NCBI GenBank assembly: GCA_002269645.1
Contig: NIVC01000309.1
Location: forward strand, 558,001-622,000
Origin: Macrostomum lignano
Taxonomy: Eukaryota
Direction of reading: 5' to 3'
Length of the DNA stretch: 64,000 nt
Numbering within the stretch: the stretch's first letter is position 1; each line of letters starts with the position of its first letter. The notes below the pieces were generated by a model. The model had not been told where the DNA came from, did not search any database, and was given only the letters and a program-made list of their open reading frames with translations. The position numbers and the translations under genes were made by a program. Positions 47,940 to 64,000 of the stretch are shown here, in pieces.

Positions 47940-50165
47940 ATGGCTTCACAAACTAAAGCAATTCCAAAGAAGAAAGGTGGAAGTGTCCTTGCAAGAAAAG
48001 CTAATGAATCAAAAGTGAAGACAGAAGATGATTTGCTTAAGTCTGGAACTATTCGTCCTGAGGATGTTCTTTGTCTGAAGTCGGCAACGAAAGGTAGGAG
48101 ACAACGCTGCCACTAAATTCTAAATTTAACGATAGTATTTACTAGTATAGGTACCCCAATGAAGTTTAAATTGAACAGAATGTACCATTCGGTATCGATT
48201 GAACGGTTCTCCTTTCATTAAATGCAAAGCTTTCCAAAAACCAAGTCCCCTAAAAAAACAGCTCTGCTGCTGAGTCAGGTAACTTTCCTATTTAGTTGCT
48301 TTATTGAGTCATAAAGTGGGTCAAAATATTTTTGACTTCGAAGGCAAGCTGGCAAGTGTATTCAAATAAATTATTTGCTTTATTCCGAAAATTAATGTAG
48401 TTTTGATTTTACTAGTACAATTAGTTAACAAAGTAAGAGAATATTGAAAAAAATGATTTTTTTCGTTTAAAAATTCACTTAAAAATTTGATTGTTATCGT
48501 TTAAACTTCAGTCATTAGGCTCAAACTATAGCTAATTTGAATCGACGCCTAACCTCTTTATTTAAGAATACCTGTGCAGTACGGACGCAAACAAGTACGA
48601 AATCGAGTTCACGCGATTCAAGCTCCGCGATCTGGTGTCCGGTCAGGTCCTGTTCGAAGTTTCAAAACCGCCAGATTCGGGTACCGCATGAACTGAGATC
48701 TTTCCTGCCTTTTAATTGCATTTTTGTTTTTATTTATGCACCTACCTAAAACCTAACTTTCCTACATGACTTTAGAAATTGTTCAAAATCCAGACGACCC
48801 GAATGCCGGTCGGTTCATTCGCTACCAGTTCCCGAAAGATTTTCTCCGGCTTAAAACTGTTGGCGCCACGTGAGAATTCTATTCTTAATTCTGTGATTTG
48901 TTATTTCTTTCTAGCCATTTTTCACATAGAAATGCATTCGTTGGTTTGAGTCGGTAAGTGCAACATGTTGTCCGTTTATAACTGAAGGTTCTAACGAAAG
49001 AATGCAGTGCAAGTATAAGCAACTGAAAAATTATATTTAAGCCAACATAGCATCTGCATGTACTTTTGCGCTGCACAAAACAGTGCTGCCTTCAAATGAA
49101 ATGGCAAAAGTACACAGTGCCCTCTTGCATCAGCTCAGGCTTCACCGTTCGTCATATCTTACCTATAAAACTTCTGCTATTACACTAAACTTCTTTAGGG
49201 GCTATGCTCTACTTTACGGGTATTTCTGCAGAATTTACCATAGTATTATTTACAAACTACATGTATAGGACATGGCTATAACTTGACCTCTTTAATTCCA
49301 TCAGAATCGAATTCACAGTCGGCGACCTGGAGATCACCAAATTCCGCATGATTGAGCGTCATTATTTTCGCGACCGGCTATTGAAATCGTTCGATTTCGA
49401 TTTTGGCTTTGTTATACCGCATTCAAAAAACACCGTCGAGCATATTTACGAATTTCCGAGTCTAACGCAGGAGGAAGGTAAGATTTTAGCGTTTAAAGGT
49501 GCGCAAGTTTAGAGTGAGAGCTCATGCGTGAGATCCATGCCAGCCCCCACAAGGCACAGAGAAATGTCTACATGCAGATGTATTATACATTTTTGCGCTC
49601 TATATGGCGAAATCTAAGTTTAATTTGGTGCGAATTGGCCAGTAGGGTTTGGCCATAGACTTAGCAGAGAGCAGAAAGCAATTCGGAAATAGCCGTGTAC
49701 TTGTGTTCAATTTGCTCCGCCCAAAATTAGCTCTAGTACAAGAGACATGGCACATAGAGGCCGTTATTCCAAAATTAGCTTTCTAGACCCTTAGAGAATC
49801 TTTATAGAGAATCTTTAGTTAGCTCAAATAGAATGCAAATAGAGACCAAATTGATTGCTGGTTTTCTGCACAAGTCTATGGCAAACCCATGTCTTTCGGC
49901 TTGGCTTATTTCCGCTGCGTGTGTCCCTGTTCACGATATAGTGAATAAGTGGATTGGGTGATTGTGTGGGTGAGTTAGTGAATGAATAAGCAGTTTAATG
50001 AATGAGTAATGTAAGTAATAATGAGTAAAATCAATTTTCTTCGAATAACAAATTTCAGTCAAAGAGATGATTGACAACCCATTCGAGACGAAGAGTGACA
50101 GCTTCTACTTCGTGAATGATCGCCTCGTGATGCACAACAAAGCTGATTATGGTTACAACGGCTGA
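47940..50165 (+). CDS. UNC119: UNC-119 lipid-binding chaperone
   Basis: Exons 47940-48093, 48567-48680, 48776-48869, 49305-49477, 50059-50165. Motifs [81 protein letters not shown]. Confidence 0.95.
49645..49888. mobile_element. MITE-like element in UNC119 intron 4
   Basis: Terminal inverted repeats GGGTTTGGCCATAGACTT / AAGTCTATGGCAAACCC with weaker inward extension. No clear TSD. Confidence 0.55.
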
Positions 50166-50989
50166 TGCGCCCTCGTGTGTAGGTTCAACAGCGCCTATGA
50201 CAATGTCGAATTCTGTTGCTGTACTACTTACTATCAGATAATTATTCGACCTAATATTCTGGCATTCCAACTTGCTGTAATTCACTGTAATTGACTGTAA
50301 TCTAACTTCCTCTGTCAACCCGCTTGTTTTTAAATAACGATTATCTCACTTTTCCTTCTTAGTGCATATATTTTTGTAGATACGAATTGCATCAAATCAT
50401 TTTTCAAATTCAATCTTTTCACATGAGTACGCGGCTTTACGAGTAAGAACTCATTGTAATTGTTTGACTCACCTGGCAGATCGGCTCGGTAGTGGATAAT
50501 TGATAAATCTCTGATACATTAAAATACACGCTCGCACAGGGTGTGAACGAACCGAGCAACAACACCCCGGGTCAATGCGAATGCGGCAGTGCACTGAATA
50601 GAACAAGGGGTTGCGGATACCTGACTTTACCTGACATAAGATACCATAAGAATGTCTGACCCAGCTGACCCATGCTCTACTAATTCAACTTACAAAGTCC
50701 ATGAGATTCTGGGGTAGACTTGGATCCGCAACTGTGTTCACGCGACTCAGCAGGAAATGTCGTATAAATTTGTTATAACTTTTTTGCCAAATATTTTGCT
50801 AAGCTTAACTAGAGCTAGCAAGTTGGTTTGTTTTACATTGATTAAATATAATAATTATTATATTACTATAATGACTTTGTTCTACTAAGATTTAATTATA
50901 ATTGAAAAACTCCAAGCAAAACTTTACTGTTCTGTTTGTGATTTGAATTTTTCCAAACAGCTTCGCGCTTACTCAGATGCATTCGTATC

Positions 50990-52680
50990 CAACTCATAAA
51001 CTCACAACTAACTCACTCATGAACTCATAACTAACTCACGCATGAACTCATAACTAACTCACTCACGAACTCCTAAACTCACTCATGAACTCATGACTAA
51101 CTCACTCATGAACTCATAACTAACTCACTCATGAACTCATAACTAACTCACGCATGAACTCATAACTAACTCACTCACGAACTCCTAAACTCACTCATGA
51201 ACTCATGACTAACTCACTCATGAACTCATAACTAACTCACTCATGAACTCATAACTAACTCACGCATGAACTCATAACTAACTCACTCACGAACTCCTAA
51301 ACTCACTCATGAACTCCTAACTAACTCACTCATGAACTCCTAACTCACTCATGAACTCATAACTAACTCACTCACGAACTCCTAAACTCACTCATGAACT
51401 CCTAACTAACTCACTCATGAACTCCTAACTAACTCACTCATGAACTCATAACTAACTCACTCACGAACTCCTAAACTCACTCATGAACTCCTAACTAACT
51501 CACTCATGAACTCATAACTAACTCACTCATGAACTCATAACTAACTCACTCATGAACTCCTAAACTCACTCATGAACTCATGACTAACTCACTCATGAAC
51601 TCATAACTAACTCACTCATGAACTCATAACTAACTCACTCATGAACTCCTAAACTCACTCATGAACTCACAACTAACTCACTCATGAACTCATAACTAAC
51701 TCACTCATGAACTCATAACTAACTCACGCATGAACTCATAACTAACTCACTCACGAACTCCTAAACTCACTCATGGACTCATGACTAACTCACTCATGAA
51801 CTCCTAAACTCACTCATGAACTCACAACTAACTCACTCATGAACTCATAACTAACTCACTCATGAACTCATAACTAACTCACGCATGAACTCATAACTAA
51901 CTCACTCACGAACTCCTAAACTCACTCATGAACTCATAACTAACTCACTCACGAACTCCTAAACTCACTCATGAACTCATGACTAACTCACTCATGAACT
52001 CATAACTAACTCACTCATGAACTCATAACTAACTCACTCATGAACTCATAACTAACTCACTCATTAACTCCTAACTAACTCACTCATGAACTCATAACTA
52101 ACTCACTCATGAACTCATGACTAACTCACTCATGAACTCCTAACTAACTCACTCATGAACTCATAACTAACTCACTCATGAACTCATAACTAACTCACGC
52201 ATGAACTCATAACTAACTCACTCATGAACTCATAACTAACTCACTCATGAACTCATGACTAACTCACTCATGAACTCATAACTAACTCACTCATGAACTC
52301 ATAACTAACTCACTCATGAACTCATAACTAACTCACGCATGAACTCATAACTAACTCACTCATGAACTCATAACTAACTCACGCATGAACTCATAACTAA
52401 CTCACTCATGAACTCCTAACTAAAACTCACTCATGAACTCATAACTAACTCACTCATGAACTCATAACTAACTCACTCATGAACTCATAACTAACTCACG
52501 CATGAACTCATAACTAACTCACTCATAACTAACTCACGCATGAACTCCTAAACTCACTCATGAACTGATAACTAACTCACTCATGAACTCATAACTAACT
52601 CACTCATGAACTCATAACTAACTCACGCATGAACTCATAAACTCACTCATTAACTCACTTATTAACTTACTCATGATCTC
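50990..52680. repeat. 21-23 bp minisatellite ACTCACTCATGAACTCATAACTA
   Basis: About 1.7-kb tandem array downstream of UNC119. Confidence 0.95.
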
Positions 52681-53454
52681 ACACTAAAAACAATCACAAA
52701 GCAGTAAAGAAAAGGTCAAATACGCATCTTGTTCTTCTTTTTTTGAGAAATTCATAGTAAAACTTCATTTACTTCACAAAACTCTTCAATCTACTGTTGA
52801 ACACACAATATACGCTCGAGTTACCGCTTGTAACGCATTGCCCGAACGGTCAAATTCAATGAAATATAATTATCAGTAAATGTTGCGGTGAAGACTACTC
52901 GTGGCCAGTAGCTAAAATAGTACATGTCTCGTATTCTTGTTATTGTAACAATAAAAAAACGTTATTGCTAATGAAGAATGTTGGACACCAAAGGAATTAA
53001 ACTGCAACATTGTCGACACATTGCACAGGGACATTGTGTGTTCAATACCATATATATACGAGTATATATATGCATGTATAAATAGCTTGGAAAAATATAG
53101 ACTATCGAGTGCAGCAAGGATTAGCGAAGATCAACGAGTTGAAACATTGGTGGCGCAATCTGTGTCAGAATAAATGTCATTTGCAACAATCTTAGAACTA
53201 ATATAAGTACATCGACTTTGAGGCAAAATAGTTCCGTACGTCTAAATATAAATTTATTTTAACAAGTTCAGCAATGTAGCGACGTAAATGATCGCACAAA
53301 CAGGTAAAATATTGATTATTTGTGAGAATACTTATCAATTTTTTGTGTTTAACACACGCCATCTTGCAGCACTTTTCTTTTCGGGTGGAATTTACCTGAC
53401 TTTCTAGGCAGCTAGTGACAAAATTTAGACCACTTTTCGCAAAAATATTCCCAA

Positions 53455-53775
53455 AGTCAAGATCCCAACATGATCAGCTAAGGTGAGTCAAGATCCCAAC
53501 ATGATCAGCTAAGGTGAGTCAAGATCCCAACATGATCAGCTAAGGTGAGTCAAGATCCCAACATGATCAGTTAAGGTGAGTCAAGATCCCAACATGATCA
53601 GCTAAGGTGAGTCAAGATCCCAACATGATCAGTTAAGGTGAGTCAAGATCCCAACATGATCAGCTAAGGTGAGTCAAGATCCCAACATGATCAGTTAAGG
53701 TGAGTCAAGATCCCAACATGATCAGCTAAGGTGAGTCAAGATCCCAACATGATCAGCTAAGGTGAGTCAAGACCC
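53455..53775. repeat. 31-bp minisatellite CAAGATCCCAACATGATCAGCTAAGGTGAGT
   Basis: About 10 near-identical units. Confidence 0.95.
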
Positions 53776-54199
53776 CAATTAAAATTCATTGGACTTTTTC
53801 AGTTTTCAAAGTAGCCTTCAGCCATGGCTCAAGAACGCGTTGAACCAAAAAAATCCCCAGAAACAATGTCGCCCCACAGGAGAAGTTTAAAGCAGAGAAA
53901 TGCAAGCAAAGTTCGAAAAGCCAATCTGTGCCGAGATTTAGTCATCAAGCGCAGACAGACAGCAAAGCCAGAGAGATAAACAAGTCTGACATTTCATTTC
54001 CGAACAGATGGAAACTAAGACAAATCTACCACGCATATGAAGATGTTTAAATATGTAATTATGAATTTGGTTATTTTTTAAATGGTAATTTGAAGAGAAA
54101 CAAACAAAACTATAAAATTTTGAGTTATAATCAAATTCAGGTTTTAACAAAAATTAAACGGGTTTTTCGGTGTCATACAGAGATGCATCCGTAGAATAT

Positions 54200-55235
54200 G
54201 AGTTTGGAGGCCTAGGTCAAGATCCCAAAGGATTTCCCATATTTGGAGGCCTGGGTCAAGATCCCTAAGGATTTCCCATATTTAGAAGCCTGGGTCAAGA
54301 TCCCAAGGATTTCCCATATTTGGAGGCCTGGGTCAAGATCCCTAAGGATTTCCCATATTTAGAAGCCTGGGTCAAGATCCCAAGGATTTTTGATATTTGG
54401 AGGCCTGGGTCAAGATCTCAAGGATTTCCCATATTTAGAGGCTTGGGTAAAGATCCCAAGAATTTCCCATATTTAGAGGCCTGGGTCAAGATCCCAAGGA
54501 TTTCCCATATTTGAAGGCCTGGGTCAAGATCCCAAGGATTTTTTATATTTAGAGGCCTGGGTCAAGATCCCAAGAATTTCCCATATTTAGAAGCCTGGGT
54601 CAAGATCCCAAGGATTTCCCATATTTAGAGGCCTGGGTCAAGATCCCAAGGATTTTTTATATTTAGAGGTCCGGGTCAAGATCCCAAGAATTTCCCATAT
54701 TTGGAAGCCTGGGTCAAGATCCCAAGGATTTCCCATATTTGGAGGCCTGGGTCAAGATCCCTAAGGATTTCCCATATTTAGAAGCCTGGGTCAAGATCCC
54801 AAGGATTTCCCATATTTGAAGGCCTGGGTCAAGATCCCAAGGATTTTTTATATTTAGAGGCCTGGGTCAAGATCCCAAGAATTTCCCATATTTAGAAGCC
54901 TGGGTCAAGATCCCAAGGATTTCCCATATTTAGAGGCCTGGGTCAAGATCTTAAGGATTTTTTATATTTGGAGGCCTGGGTCAAGATCCCAAAGGATTTC
55001 CCATTTTTGAAGGCCTGGGTCAAGATCCCAAGGATTTTTTATATTTAGAGGTCCGGGTCAAGATCCCAAAGGATTTCCCATATTTAGAGGCCTGGGTGAA
55101 GATCCCAAGGATTTCCCAGCTTATTTAGCGGCCTGGTTCAAGATCCCAAGGATTTCCCATATTTGGAGGCCTGGGTCAAGATCGCAAAGGATTTCCCATA
55201 TTTGGAAACCTGGGTCAAGATCCCAAGGAAAATCA
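54200..55235. repeat. ~38-bp minisatellite GAGGCCTGGGTCAAGATCCCAAGGATTTCCCATATTTA
   Basis: Tandem array 3' of the RhoGAP gene. Confidence 0.95.
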
Positions 55236-55442
55236 TAATCGCTAGCAACATCCCAAGGAATTTCAACGAATATTATAAAATCCATAAAATTATCATTGAA
55301 ACTTCCATAAAATTCCCAAATAAGTTTTTCGGGTCCCTATATAACTTGCCCAGTCGAATAAAAATTGTAACAATAAGTTTGGCAAGAGCTTCATTCGGAG
55401 AGGAGGAGAGTTACAGCTGGGTTGCTAGGCGCGGACAGAGCT

Positions 55443-61589
<6,147 letters not shown>

Positions 61590-61669
61590 CTGTGGTAAGA
61601 ATGAAAATAGATTGGGTTTTGAGCCAGGAAAATCTATAAATTACAAAACTTGCAAGCTATTGTACTTTT

Positions 61670-62118
61670 ATAGTATGAGACTAAACGCTTCCTAAATGAG
61701 ACTTAACGTGTCCTAAATGAGACTAAACGTGTCCTAAATAAGACTACATGTGTCCTAAATGAAACTAAACGCGTCCTTAATGAGACTAAACGTGTCCTAA
61801 ATGAGACCAAACGCGTCCTTAATGAGACTAAACCTGTCCTTAATGAGACTAAACGTATCCTAAATGAGACTAAACCTGTCCTTAATGAGACTAAACGTGT
61901 CCTAAATGAGACTAAACCTGTCCTTAATGAGACTAAATGTGTCCTAAATAAGACTAAACCTGTCCTTAATGAGACTAAACCTGTCCTTAATGAGACTAAA
62001 CCTGTCCTTAATGAGACTAAACGTGTCCTAAATGAGACTAAACCTGTCCTTAATGAGACTAAACGTGTCCTAAATGAGACTAAACCTGTCCTTAATGAGA
62101 CTAAACGTGTCCTAAAGT
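61670..62118. repeat. 21-bp minisatellite GAGACTAAACCTGTCCTTAAT
   Basis: Tandem array upstream (in gene sense) of the C2 exon. Confidence 0.93.
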
Positions 62119-64000
62119 TGTCGCTAATTCCCATGTATTTTACATTTAGATTACACTTTGTGTTATTAAACAAAGATTTGGAAATACTAAATAGTACTGT
62201 TATAAATACGGATTCACCATGCTTTGATGTTTGGGTGCAGACAATTTCTGGATAGCTATGATATGGCTTGTCAGTCTGCAATGCGGCTACTGCATACACA
62301 CTATGCGCTCGCCTTTGATGGCAAAGAGAATACTAGCTATTGTTATAAAAGCTGTTGCCTGTTTTATTCTAAAAGCTAATAATCGATGGGACTCGCGGTA
62401 AGGTGCAGCCACGAGGAGAGGGTCGGGCGATTATTCTAGACCGCCTACACTAGACTAGCTATATCCCATCCCTTTCCCGCCAAAGCTTGTAGGAATGTTG
62501 CCTGACAGGCAGACAGACTGGGTGCGGGAAGGAAAACTCTAGCTCTGTTGACGGTCATCTCGCGGCATCCTGTTTATCTGCATATGGCTGCTGGCTAGAA
62601 ATATTTTTATATATCCTGTTTTCGCGCCTCGACATTTCTCTCTCTCCCACGCGACCGCCGCGAGGTGCACTTCGATCGTCTTTGATCTTGAATCTTCGCC
62701 GAATGTGAATTTGGGATAATTTGAATTTTGCGAATATTTTTAACTGCTTTTAACAAAATATTTTTGCAAATGTAACATGTTAATCTAATAATGCAGTGTA
62801 TATACTTAAATACAGTATTTATACACATTTCATTTGCTTTAAAGGGTCGTATAGAGCGCATTATATTATAACTTAATTATCTTTCTTAATTATGTGGAAT
62901 TACATGAGTTACTTCCTTCAAAGTATGAAAGCCAGACAGCTGCACGAGGAAAATTACCATTTTTATTTAATTGTCCAAGAATATTGACAAAACCCAACAT
63001 ATTCCGGTATTTTATAAGCCATCGGAGAGCGGAAAAACTGTTCGAAAATGCATGGCACCACTCGACTAATTTAATTGCTGACTTTTTATATTTAAATACA
63101 GATTTAAAACCCTTTAATTACAATACGTATAGCTTTTGTTGTTATAATTTCAAAATTCTCATAATTTTCTGCATAAAAATGGTTCAACGGTAAGGTAATG
63201 TTTATATTACGTACGATATAGCTAAAAATTTAAAAATACAAATCTTTTTTTAAAAACAAATAAAAATTTATAAATACTATTATAACCAATTATTAAGAAA
63301 TCAAAAAGACTTATATTAACAACACCTTCAGATTATATTTTCTGTATGCGAATTAAAAAACACTAGATAAAATATAGTAGCTATCAAACGTAAATAAGTA
63401 TATTAATATTAATACTCAATGGGGAATACACTCGTACTCATCGTAATCGCTGTGTATTAGTAAAGTAAATGTACTTAAATTAATTAAAGTTAACTTGAGT
63501 GTCACGATTAAAATAATTTTGCGAATTAGCTTTAATACTTCTTATTTACTCAAATTTAAATTTTATCTCGAAAATAATATTAATAACGGTAAATGTCGAC
63601 AAGTACATGCAATTTATTGGATTTACTATCCCCCGAAAGTTAAGCAGTAACCAACAAGATGGTTACAACAAGTGTCAGGGTCATTGGAAAAAAAGAAAAC
63701 TGGTTCATACTGAAGCGATGGATGCTCCCGATAGGTTTTTCTTCCCGAAGAAATTTTCTCAAATTGGCAATACATGGCTATAGCTAACACAAGACTAAAT
63801 GCATAAAACCGGCACAGTTATACACATATGTGCTCCATCCTTATGCACTAGATCGCTCCCAGTTCTACTCCAACCCATCCGCCAGAGATTTCCCGGCTCA
63901 GAAATCTAGCTAGTATAGCCGCCCCCACTCCTTCCTCAAACCAGCTTTCTTCCACGTTGGAAAAATTCTATTCTAGCGAGGAGGGGAGGAAGAGAGAGAG

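Noticed and set aside
62300-64000. Possible upstream exons or promoter of the RhoGAP gene
   Set aside because: No exon with convincing splice sites, phase and homology was found; 5' exons may lie beyond the window.

Overview
Eukaryotic (animal) genomic DNA with short GC-rich exons and GT-AG introns, most of the long ones filled by a local minisatellite. This style suggests the flatworm Macrostomum lignano or a relative; that is an inference I cannot confirm. Positions 1-35 kb hold eight consecutive + strand genes: LATS/Warts kinase (5' truncated), MRPS22, two SRSF7/9G8-like SR paralogs, MED31, MED8, MRPS7 and METTL14. METTL14 intron 2 contains an antisense, full-length RNase H-bearing LINE. 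A Tc1/mariner-type DDD transposon follows. Then come DNM1L/Drp1 (-) head-to-head with UNC119 (+), and a SYD-1/SYDE RhoGAP (-, 5' part not found). Three observations stand out. (1) The MED8 start codon lies inside the MED31 coding sequence (41-nt overlap), within a compact, possibly trans-spliced operon-like cluster. (2) Mutually complementary minisatellite arrays bracket two RhoGAP exons totalling 456 nt, an in-frame skip or stop-free circle candidate. (3) The LINE joins ORF1 and ORF2 by a TAATG stop-start, and its three ORF2 frameshifts all sit in homopolymers. Exon boundaries were read by eye and homologies recalled from known protein motifs; no database searches were run.
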